This document shows positions 25,906 through 55,225 of a stretch of 64,000 nucleotides of DNA, in pieces. The stretch is from contig OZ176055.1 in assembly GCA_964247055.1 (NCBI GenBank), positions 5,332,001-5,396,000 on the forward strand, written 5' to 3'. The DNA is from Paragordius varius. Its lineage: Eukaryota > Animalia > Nematomorpha. Position 1 is the first letter of the stretch. The number at the start of each line of letters is the position of its first letter. The notes beneath the pieces were generated by a model. That model worked only from the letters and a program-made list of their open reading frames with translations, was not told the DNA's origin and ran no database searches. The translations under genes were made by a program, and so were the position numbers.

Positions 25906-28900
25906 GGTTGGTTGGTTTTTCCTAAGTCGTAAACGACTTTTTGGACATAGTTTTAACTATTTCTTTCCATTTTTTTCTATCTTTCACCGCTATATTGAGC
26001 TCTTTCAATGTCATTTTGGTCTCTTCTTTTATCGTATCCAACCACCTCATCGGTGGTCGGCCTCGTTTCCTTTGCCCTTCTACCTTCCCAAACATTGTAT
26101 CTTTCTCCAGAGAATTCGATCGCATGACATGACCAAAATATGTTAACTTTCTTTTTAGAATTATCTCCAGTATGTTTGTTTTAGGTTTTATTTCTGAAAT
26201 TAGATCTCCATTCTTAATTTTATCCTTCCAGGTGTATCCTAGCATCCTACGCCAGCAGCTCCTTTTAAAAGCCATGAGCCTTTCTTTGTCCCTTTTTCTG
26301 AGAGTCCAACTCTCACATCCATATGTGGTGACCGGGAGAACGAAACAGTGGAGTAATCTTTTTTTGGTTTCAACTCCTACGCTTTTGTTTTTCCAAATCT
26401 TTATTAATTTAGTCATCGCTTCTCTACCCAATCCTATTCTCTTTCTGATGTCAGGAGTTGAAGACCCATCCTCTGAAATTATTGCGCCCAAAAACGTTAA
26501 CTGTTTAACTATTTCTACTCCTTCTATAAAAATTGTAGGCTTTTTTCCTGTACATAATATTTTGGTTTTGTTAGGATTAAGCTTAAGACCATAACTCAAA
26601 CTTTCCTTTCGAATCTCTTCAATCAATTCCTTCAAATCATTTGCACTTTCAGCTATAAGAGTGGTATCGTCTGCAAACCTTAAATTACACTGCTCAACAA
26701 GGTTTTGCACCACCCCAATATTTTTGCATTTTCTGATACCTAATGGCATGGAAAGGCCAAAACAAAAAAGAAAATTGAGGCCACCAATAGGATTTTTCCA
26801 AAATTTAATTTTTAAATTTGTATTTAATTCAAAAATAACAATCATTCCTCGTGTACATATGTTTAAATATTCAAACAAGCAAGTCGATATAAGTAATATT
26901 CCATGCAGGGATAACAAATTCTAGGCATTAAATAAGATACTAAACAAGCTAAGAGCCAAAGTATTAAAAATCTAAAAGGGGCTTATGTATAGTGTGATAG
27001 ATATGTGCGGCTGCACAAGCTCTGCATATCCCCCAAGCGATCCTATAATTATGCCAGATATGGCAAAGATAACAATAAGTAATCGTAAAGTCCGATAAGA
27101 GAGACTTGCAAGCAAAATCGTGGCAAATTTACATGTGAAATTAACCAATTTACAGAATAAAGTTTGATAAATTCTACAATTAAATTGAATATAAATTAGG
27201 TAAATACAAATGGTCCAACCCCATAACAGTAAATTCTACTAAAAGTGGCTACACAACATCCATCTGAAATTCAAAATACAAAACAACCAATAATTTTAAA
27301 AAACTAGGTATAAATAAAAGATATTTTATAAGAACCAACTCAAGAGAAAAAGTCTAATAAGTACTCGAAAGAACGAAATCTAACAAAAAAAATATAGCCT
27401 ATCTGAAAGCCGAAAGTTTAAACCATAGAATGCCTTTTTTAGTATTTTTTTTAAAAAAAATTATATGTGTTAAAATTCACTTGAAAAAAAAAGACTAAAT
27501 TTTGACGTTTAAGTCCGTACTATATTTTTCTCTCTGATATTTAAATGACATATTTATATTCAAAAAGTAGAGTTTAAAACGCTTTATTAAATGATATTAG
27601 TTTATAATATAATAACATTTTATTATAAAGTTATATTTAATTTTCTCTTGATTTTTTCTTGTTTTTGAAAAGTTGAAAAACCTATAAAATTTCAAAATTC
27701 TGATTGGCGGGGTCAAAATTTTTTTCAAATTCGGTTTTAAAACACTTAAATTAGTCAAAATTTAAAATGTTTGAGTGTGGTGCTTAAAAATGTCCAAATT
27801 TGTCGACTAGTGTTATTGATTGTTCTCCCTCCTATTCTTACTCCAATATTTTTACCAACTTCCTCATTATCATTTCTGTGCACATATTGAACAGATAAGG
27901 GGATAAGCAACACCCTTGTCTGACTCCTTTCAAGATAGGTATTTCGTCTGTGTCCCCCGCTGATGTTCTAATAATCGCTCTTTGTTTAACATAGAGAGAG
28001 CTAATCAATCTTATTAAGTGAGACGATACCCCTACTAACTTTAATGTTTCCCACAAGGAGTCATAGTTAATTGAATCGAAGGCTTGTCTGTAATCAATAA
28101 AACACATATATAATTCTTTCTGGAACTCTTTTGATGTTTCCATTATCCTTCTCATGTTTGAGATATGGTCTCTTGTGCTCTTTCCCTTCATAAATCCGGC
28201 TTGATTTTCTGGTATTTCTGTCTGTATGATACTGTGCATCCTGTTTTGTATTACTTTTAATAAGACCTTACTAGCGTGGCTAATAAGAGATATGTTCCGA
28301 TAGTTCTCGCATTGGAGTGCATTTCCTTTTTTGTATATTGGGAGATATACAGATGATGTCCAGTCGTTTGGCCACTCACATGTTTCCCACACCTTTTGAC
28401 ATAACTGGTGTAACTTTTCAACAGGAATAGCTTTTATGAATTCTATTGGGATATTGTCTAATCCCATCGCTTTGTTTTTAGGAATTTGTTTTAAGGCTAA
28501 TTCAACCTCCTCTCTTAGTATATCTGGATCACGTTCTTCTTCTTTTAATTGCAACACCTTTGCTTGAGGAGCCTGATAGAGTTTTTGGGTGTATTCCTTC
28601 CATCTTTCTCGTACTTCTGTTTGTTTGCACAAAATGGTGCCATTCTCTTTTTTAATCTTTTGGGATGATATAAAAGGTTTATGAGTCATTTGCTTCAGTT
28701 TCTGGAACATTGGTTGCATTAATCCTTTTTTGTTATTTAATTCCACTTCCAGACATTGTTTATTAAGGAAATCTTCATAATCCTTCCTTGTTTGTCGTTG
28801 AAATTCTTTGTTATATAATTTTACCATTTTATTATCACCTCTTAATTTAGCTTTTCTCCTCTTTTCTGCTATCTCTAAACTCTTTTCTGATATCCATTTG

Positions 28901-29908
28901 TTATCTTTCCTCTTTACTCTCTGCACTTTTTCTTTTGCCACTTCATTAACAACATTTTTTATCGTTCCCCATAATTGTTCTGAGCTACATTCACTGTCCA
29001 AACTTTCTAATTTGTCTTTTGTTTCTGTTCTAAAACTATTTGGAATGTTCCGAGTGTCATATCTGTATATCTGCTTAACCTTATTTTTAATTATTTTAAG
29101 TTTGATTTTGGTTACTAGAAGCTGATCGCTAGAGCAATCGCTGCTTTTGCTTGTTTTGGTATCGATTATAGAGCTTTTCCATTTTTGAGGACATATTATG
29201 TAATCAATTTGGTTTTTATATTTACCACATGGAGAGGTCCATGTGTACAACCTCCTATTGTGTTGTGGAAACCATGTGTTGGTTATCATCATTTCATTTT
29301 CTTGACAAAAATTGATCAGTGCTTCACCGGCCTCGTTTCGTTCTCCCAATCCATATGGGCCAACTATTTGATCTACTCTACCTCTACCGACTTTGCTGTT
29401 CCAATCCCCTCCTATGATAATCATATCTCCTTTCTTCGTTTCATCCAAAACTATTTGCAACGTTGCATAAAAGTCCTCTATGTCTTCTTTGGGAGCGTTT
29501 GACGTAGAGGCATAGACTACTATGTATGTATATTTAATGGCTTGGCATTCAGCCTAATACTCATGATTCTGGGTGTATATGGTGTATAACTAATAAGATT
29601 TTTATTTAATTTGTTTTTTATTAATACTGCAACGCCTTCTGATTTCTGGTCATCTCTCCCCGATCTTAACAATGTATAATTTTCGTTTTGTACTTTCGCG
29701 CTACCTTTTTGCTTGGTTTCCGTTAGACCCAGTATATCTAAGTTTAATCTTTCCATTTCCTTTTCAATTATCACTTGTTTTGTTTCTGTTAAGGAACGTA
29801 CGTTCCAGCATCCAACTTTGAAAAGTCGCGTCAAGTTCATATAGTAAAACTATTTTTTGGCAATATACGAGGGTGGTTTGCCATTGCCTTCCCTCTCACT
29901 TACCCTCT
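25906..29908 (-). mobile_element. Near full-length but disrupted RTE-clade LINE (APE endonuclease plus reverse transcriptase)
   Basis: APE motifs VGCWNVRSL, ILGLTET, GDWNSKVG, NQIDYII. RT motifs YRNISLISHASK, FIDYRQAFDSI, GVRQGCCLSPYLFN, FADD, then LTYFGHVMR and RGRP..RWLD. (CAAC)n 3' tail at about 25906-25920. Frameshifts near 29510 and 27850; DNA element inserted at 26688-27812. Confidence 0.93.
26688..27812. mobile_element. Tc1/mariner-like non-autonomous element (~1.13 kb) inserted into the LINE RT
   Basis: TA at 26686-26687 and 27814-27815; imperfect TIRs CACTGCTCAACAA..GCACCAC versus CACTAGTCGACAA..GCACCAC; removal restores ATC AAT AAT TTA AGG TTT GCA GAC GAT (INNLRFADD). Confidence 0.8.
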
Positions 29909-30610
29909 TTACAAAAAAAATAAATATCTAGAATAAATAAAATTAAAGAGTGATCTTTATAATGCTGTTAGTTTGGATAAATTATAATTATTAATATTTC
30001 ATTCTATCTAGCAATCATAGAAAAATAAAAAGAATTTATGGCTAGGCTAGTAAAAATAAAATATTTAGGCACTAAGGAGTTGTGAAAAAAAAGAGATGAT
30101 ATGTATAACAATGATTTTTGATGACTTATGAATTATATTACTCTTTAAATTACATTTAGCATACAAATAAAAAAAAAACTTTACAAAACAAAGAAAAAGA
30201 TTAATAATTACTGAAAGGAAACATATTTTTAAATATATTTATAGTATATAATAATATAAAATAATAATAATACTCTCCTCGAATTTCTTGCCGCTTTTAA
30301 TCACATGGTTTCATGCATGAAAAATTTAAAGCAATGAATTCACTTTTAGAATGCGTTTTATTTGTCCCTTAAATCATTTATTTTAAATTACTTTGGCTTT
30401 ATTAAACTGATTGATAAGTAAGGTTATTACTATTCTAAAAACAAATATCCATATAAGCTAGGTGTGTGTGACCCCGATTTCTTAAGAGTATAGCTTGTAA
30501 AAAATTAACTATCAAACTTTTAAAAATAAAATATTTCTTTTAGTGAATAGTTTTTGTTCATTTAAAATTGTATAAGATGAAAAAATTCATTTATTAAATC
30601 ATAAATCTAC

Positions 30611-30758
30611 TTGATTGTCGTAAAACAAATCTCCCAGCATTATAAGGTGGCAGAGATGTTTTGTGTTCTTGTTTTTTGTCATTCCTTTTGAATGAGGAAT
30701 GAAGAGTTGAGAAACTGTGGGATATGTTTAAAGTACGTTTGGTATGACAAAGGCCCAT
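30611..30758 (-). CDS. Candidate first coding exon (MGLCHTKR..., 49 codons, phase-1 donor)
   Basis: ATG GGC CTT TGT CAT ACC AAA opens a GC-enriched frame to CAA TCA A|gtagat. No homology recognised. Confidence 0.3.
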
Positions 30759-32669
30759 TAGCACTTATTTATTGTAAAAAACTATAATCTGGTTAATATC
30801 AGATACTACTTTAACGCTAATGTTGGCCAAAGTATAGTGTAAAAATGTCTTTATAATAGCTTTTTACGATAAATTTAGCAATAAAGACGTACGTTGTAAT
30901 AGAAATATCTTGCATTGTGTATTTAAAAAACCAATATACTTTGGTAATTCGGAAAACATTTTACTATAATAATCAATTAACACCTTTGCACAATATCCAT
31001 AATATAAAATATGTAGTTCAGGTGTTATTTTAGTATTGCCAAAAAAGATATGATTTTGTCAATCTTAAATTAACGGTACTGTTTCCATTGGAAATTGTAA
31101 CACTGTAGAAATATACAGATTTATATAAAAATAAATTAATTTTCAATGTGTCTTATTGTATAAATGGCGCTTAAATTTATTAAACATGGCAAACAAACCC
31201 CTGACAATTATAAAATCTAGTTTCGGATATTTAACTACTTATTTTGCAAAATTATTTATGGCTGGCGCTATATATAGGTAACATCTGTTTTCTTATGTAA
31301 CATAAACCACTCCTATTTTAAAACAATTTGCATATAAAACGAATTAGTATATATTAGTTTAAAAATTTTTTTTGCTAGTAAGAATTGAAAATCTGTCAGA
31401 AAACCAAATTATTTATTTACAAACTTTTAATAAAATAATATAAAAATACTATTTTATATAGTCCCTGGGATTGACAATTTTGAAATATGAAGTATTATAG
31501 CGAATGTTAACAACAAGATTTTTGATGTATTTCAATCATAAGCTGTATCCATATAATTTTCAAAAATAAAATTTAACGTCAAATCGACAAAAATGTGCTT
31601 ATGTCATTTACCGTATCTTTTAAACGACAATTATACTCATCAAACAAACATGTTTTTTTTTAATAATATATCGTATCCCTACAAGACGTCAATGCCAAAT
31701 CCTATAAAGAAAGGCCGTCTTGATGCATTCATTATATATATATTGGTGTGGACTCCAAAAGTCGTTTTTATGAACAGTAGCCATGTCTCATTGACTAAAT
31801 ACATTTTGAGGTGTAAAGGAAGGTTTTCATTTATACTTGTTATTGTCTTTTCTGCAAAAATAAATTTTCTCTTTTATCTTTTAAAATTAATATACTCGGT
31901 ATAAATTAATTAAAGCAGCTGATAACATTTATAACTCAATTATTTTCATTAAAAGGATGGGCAGTTTTTAATAATGGTGGCAATTATTTTTGGATTTTTC
32001 AATTTTTTTGATAAAATTTGAAAAGGTTAGAGATCGCATGGCATTATTTTAAGCGCGTTTATTTTTAATATGATCTACGGTAAATACCATAAATTGGGTT
32101 AAAATTAAATATTTAAAAATATAACAAAAATGTTTATTGTTTGCAATTACAAGTTAAAATTTAGCAACAAATAATATTGAGGTAAAGCATTCAACATATA
32201 TATTTATGATTTTCGGGTACGTTTCACTTTTTAATATTATATGATATACATATTTACCATTAATTTTGCTACTTGGATACTACAAAGATGATGAACAATG
32301 ACCGTTTAATTTTGCAAATATTTTCAATTTTTATCCATATCACACCAAAATTAGCCATTTTTGATTACTTTATCGTATTGGAAAAAATATCTTTTATATA
32401 TACATTGATATAAAATCGTAACAGTGTTAATTCATAATGGACCCCAAGAAATAAGATAGAGAAAACTCCCCATTTTCCAAGATCTAATAAATACTTTAAA
32501 AAGCGCTCTCAGACGGAAAAAATAGCGCTCTATAACTAAGGCTGGGTTTTTTAAGAGGTCAAAAACCAGTCAGATTATTCGTGAATGTAGGCATTCATGG
32601 TCATAACTAGCCACTTAAAGATAGATTATATATTAAGTAATGGAAAGACATTAATAAATTATATTGCTT

Positions 32670-33410
32670 TTAATAGTTACTATATCCCCATAGAACCCTG
32701 TCTAAGGCGTCTTCGCGTATTAGGTTCAGTTTTGCCATGTCCCTCTTAACTGTATCTATCCATCGCGTTTTAGGGCGCCCTTTTCCCCTCTTGCCTTTCA
32801 CAACATAATCATCAATCTTTTTACCAATGTAATTATTATCTCTTCTCTCAACATGTCCGAACCATCTTAAACGATTTACCATCATCTTTTGCGTTACCGG
32901 TTTGATTTCCGTACTTCCTCTTATGTAGACATTCTTCACCTTGTCATTCCTCGTTACACCGCACATCAATCTAAGCATTTTCATTTCAGTAACCTCAAAG
33001 TGCCTCTCTTCTGATTTCTTTATTGCCCATGTCTGTGAGTTGTACATCATTGTTGGTTGTACAACAGCACTGTAAACCTTACCCTTTACTTTTAGGTCAA
33101 TATTTTTGTCACACAAAACACTTGAAATCTTTTTATAATTGGCCCAACTATTTCGAATTCTTAAATTAATATCAAGTGTTAAAGAACCATCTGCTGCTAA
33201 TATCGCTCCTAAATATTTGCATTCCTCCTGACCTTTTGATACCCACCCTTCTTCTAATTCTATTTCTCGTTTTTGTCCGCCAAAATTTATCAGTTCCGTT
33301 TTCTTTTTATTATTTTAATCCGCATCGTCGTAACACATCAATCCATTTACCCACCAATTCTTTTAGTTCATGCAACTCGTCGGACAGCACTATTAGGTCG
33401 TCAGCATAAG
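32670..33410 (-). mobile_element. 5'-truncated, decayed RTE-type LINE fragment (second family)
   Basis: YADDLIVL at about 33410-33385, then stops and frameshifts, then MLRLMCGVTRNDKVKN, RLRWFGHVERRD, GKRGKGRPKTRWID. Confidence 0.85.
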
Positions 33411-35863
33411 TTTTAAAGAAATATATAATTTTTTTATTTTTTTATGCCATAAATATATTTTATTAAGGATTTTGGAATCGGTCACAATGAATGAAGTAAT
33501 ACCAGCACAGTTTATCTATTTTCATTTAGACACTCGATTTAGGATTTTTATACCAATTTAAAACTATCTAACAAAATATTATCTTGTAAATGAGATCTCT
33601 TTTTGATTTGTGAAACAATAATTACCCGTAAAATCTCAATATACAAAATAAAAACGTTAAAATATGAAAAACAGATGCCCCAATATACAAATCATTGTAA
33701 TGAGTTAAACTACAATATTTAATGCTATTTTAGGTTACTTCATATTTTATATGGATTAAAGTGGATTAATTTACAAGTTTGTTTCCTTGTATAAGATTTT
33801 TCATTTAATACACTACGTCCAAAATCAGGGGGTATAAAAATATCCTGATGAAATTTAATTATTCTGATATGTAAATGCAAAGATTTTTATGGAGCTTTTG
33901 GTTTTAGCTTACGGGTGATATAAGAAAGTTAGTTTTACTTTTGTGATAATTGCTTAATATCTTAACATAAAATTAGCCCATATTGTGCTTAATAAATTTT
34001 TTTAATGAAAGTAAATGTTTTATTCCAAAAAATATCACTAAATTATAATATAAACTATATTATATTTTTTTATATAAATTTAAATTTTAGATGTGGACTC
34101 CAAAATTCCCAAATTTTTTCACTCTTCAAAATGGCTTAGTTCTTTTAGAAATGCAAAACTGCATACAATTTCGAGGCATGATGGAAACGGTATAAAACGC
34201 TTTAAAATATTATAAAAACATTTTTTCTACATAACCCGATGATGTTGAAGATTTCCATCACCTTTGATGAAAGTATTAATTTGTCCTCAAGTTTATGTTA
34301 AATATAAATTGTTATACAAAAATTCACCAGACTCTAAAAGCAAACGAATTCTAAAATTAAATTTCTGAGGTGACAAAAATGTTTTAATATCTTCAAATCG
34401 TTTATACAGATTAAGCCATGCTTTAAAATACTATAAAACTGGCTTAACAAAATTTTGCCATTGATAAATTTTTAAGCCAAAACAGGTTTTTTATATGCAG
34501 AATTTAGCCTATTTAGAGTGCAATATCCAACCTTTCGTCTTTATTATAAAAGAACTTGCCAATTTTGAACGGGTCGCTAAATTGGAACTTTCGGAGCCAC
34601 ATATAATTTAAAGATTTACAATATTGTTTTTGTTTTTATGTTTATTATATTAGTAATTTAATTTGACAACAAAGTTTTATCTAATAATTGCGCAAATCTC
34701 ACCATTTTCTGTAATGGAGCAGTTAAGATAAAAAACGTTCTTATATCTCCTGTAAAGGCCAAAATCAAAAATCAAAATAATCCCAATACATTTTTCTACA
34801 GAATATATATATATATATATATTATCAATATATTTTCTTTCGTGGCCATTGTATTATTTATTTGTTTGACAGTAAGTTACATAGAGCGCAAAATGCCGTT
34901 TTCTATAGTAAGGAATGCCGATGACTCAATAGTAAATTATATACGTATTTATTGGATAAGGGCTTGGCCAGAGAAGTTCTGAAAAAGTTAGTCGATTACA
35001 ATAAATTATTTCAAAGTGAGTTCTTACTTTATTAGCTATAGCAAAGCTATAATATATTATTAAAATAATTCCTATTAATTTTAAAAAATGCGTTAAAATG
35101 TAATATTGACAAAATGAAGAATAATTTTAAATGAAGGTTTGAGTTTAAAACAAGACTAGACTTATTCATAAAATTTATCTGAGAGTTAGAGTGCACAACA
35201 AAATTTAAATGACTCCATCAAAGAAATAATGCATAAAAATGGCCGATTCCTTAAGACAGAGACAATGTCCCGATTGTCGAGGATTAAACCAATTTTTTTC
35301 TGCTGTCGATGAAACGCCTTTGAAATAAAAAAGACAAGGAACATGCTTCTAAAATCTTATGTGTGAAAAAATATGCTAACATAAGTGTCATGCTAAATGC
35401 TAAAAGTGTACATGGAAAAGCATGAGAATTTAGTTTTTAAATAGACGCAATTATTTAAATTTTGAAAATAACATAGAAATATTTGCAGATAATGGTTCAA
35501 GTTGGGGAACATTAAGAATTTGTGCTTTAATTAATTTTTTATTATACACTACATGTTTTTTTCATTTCCAACAGGTTGAAACAACTAAGATCGTTATCAA
35601 CAAAATAAAACTAACATAAGTAAGATATAATCCGCAGTTTATTATTTTTTACTTTATATGATTATAATAGGTACATCTGATAACCACAATGTGATATAAA
35701 AATTTTTAAATTTAGGACACACATGTTGAGAAAATATTGCGTAAGGTTGCATAATAACCCTGTACAATATTCGGGATATTTTATGTTAAAGAGATTTTTT
35801 ACAAATGATTGGTCGTACAAATTAAAAGTATACTAGTTTGCATACATGATTTTGATAATTTAG

Positions 35864-52870
<17,007 letters not shown>

Positions 52871-54404
52871 AAATATTTTTTTATTTATTTCTCAAAGTTT
52901 ATTTAATTTTATATCTATTTTAATAATCAGAATTTAAAAATAATATATGAAATAAATAAATTTTTGTAGATAATTGTTATTTGGGTTAATAATATCTGTA
53001 AAAAGATAGGTATATATACATATATATAAAAACATGGAACTGCATAATAACTTTATATTTTTAATTATGTATATTAATAAATAATGTTTGATAAAAAGTT
53101 TTTTTCAATTCACAATATGAAAGTAAAATCGATTTTTTGACAATATTATATTAAGCGTCTTATTTTTAAAAAAATATTTAAATTGGCTTTTTGAAATATA
53201 TGATATTATATTAATGCGGTAGTTGAAAAAGTTTATCAATATAAGTTTTTTCTGTTAACCGATAAGCATTTACTTTTTTATCCAAATTTAATGTTTGAAA
53301 AGGGTCTATACTGGCAAAAATCACAAAGTTATGTCATAACCCGAAAAGATATTTCAAAAACTTATATTAACTTGTAACTACAGTTAAATATAAAAGATAA
53401 GGCGTAAAATGTGTAAAGCCAAAAAATTTTAAAGATCCTTAGAAATATAAATCAATCGATCCTTAGTTTTTCTATAGAGTAAAATATTATGGGGTTGTGA
53501 AATATATATTTGAAAGTTCCTTAACCCCATAATAAAATCATTCAGTTATATCGAAAAAATTGATATAAAATATGTTTGACTTTAACTTTTCGCGGTTATT
53601 AAATATTCACATACATATTTAACGCCATATCTTTTTTAACTTTACTATAAAAGCAGGATGAAACCTATAATCGTTGTTGATTCATAGCTTTTTCGTATAT
53701 GAGCGCCAATCTGTTTCTTAAAATAAAAAAGTTTTTGTGGCGAAAAGCTTATGAATTTTGTAAGTTTTTCCTCCGCATTTTACGGCGACCACGCTTTCAA
53801 ATCCCTTCTGTTTTTCCTGATGTGATATTTAGATTATGTGCACTAAGAGTGTCCAAAATACGATATCTCTTTTTTGAATTGACCGGTTAGGGACAATATA
53901 TTTAATAACTATGGAGTGTTTGATTTCTCTCCACGTCATTGTAAAAATTTTCTCTAACATCAAAAACGTTTACCAAAACGTGGCTTTTTATAGTCCAACG
54001 TTGGGAGGACTGATGAATTTTTTAATTCGCACATTAAAAAATAATATACTTTTATTCAAATAGAAGGATTATTGATACCATTCGAATTTTCGCACCGCAG
54101 CCCTAAAAGTGCTTTTTTATGGCCCTGAATTATTTATTTACCTTTTATGTGTCACCTAAACGGCTGTGTAAAAGATACACGGCCCTTGAGACAAAAATTA
54201 TTTTTTTGGCCTTTTGATATTTTGGTGAGTACCGTTGATATACAGAAAATATGACATTAAGCCCGATATTATATTATACAAATCTTGAGTGGCGGTACTC
54301 AAACCCCGGCATATTTTGCAGCTCGAGTAACTTTTATGGCTCCCTATATGGAACAAATTAATTTGATAAACTAGATCTTTTATTTGTATGTAAATAAGCA
54401 TACT

Positions 54405-54440
<36 letters not shown>

Positions 54441-55225
54441 CATGAGTATTCAAACCCTGGCCCTAGGATATTTTATGGCGGGGTAACTTTTATCGCACAT
54501 ATTAATACAATTAAAACAAAATTTTTAGTATGTGTATTGTTATAAGCATTATAATATATAATTTAAATCAGGGGTACAATGCGTGGTTGACATTACCTGC
54601 CAAAAATAAAAATGAAAAACGGTTAATATTTTAAAAAATATATTATCTTAGTAATGAGTCTTCCGAATATTGTAAACTAGCAAAATTGATCAATTAACAG
54701 TCTTATTTTTGAAATCTATTAATGCCAATACAAATGTCGCTCACCGGTTTTTTGAGCGAAAAATGCGGCCGGCGAAGGGATTTATGCTGAGTACCATGAT
54801 TTAAATATAATTTATATATATATCACAATTATACAAACAAAAGCCAAAACACTCGGACCTCTTTTTTGCGATTGATATTTATCACATATTGGAAGGAATA
54901 ATATTTTACGAAATTTAATTTTTAGATGTTTCAGTACTTAAAGCCATTTCTATTAAATCATGTCTGCAAAAAATATATTGAACATAAACCTACAGTTCTA
55001 GAGATCAAGAAAAAATAATAAAAGACCACATGGTTTGATTTTAAGGAGGTGGAATATAAAAATTTTTGAGATCAACAGCTGAGAGGAAATAATGTAAATA
55101 AATGATTAAAATACAACTAATTTATTATTGTAAGTGTACACAATGATGACAGTGTGTAAATATATATATAATGTATGGCAATGTTAAAAACTAGCAGCTA
55201 ATTTGTACAAGTTGTGTTTCTTTGC

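Noticed and set aside
25922-26917. 331-aa ORF as an independent gene
   Set aside because: Chimera: the first ~75 codons come from the inserted DNA element, the rest is the LINE RT C-terminus.
35620-35637. Possible 18-nt intron gtaagatataatccgcag in the CPS leader
   Set aside because: No reading-frame or homology constraint supports it.
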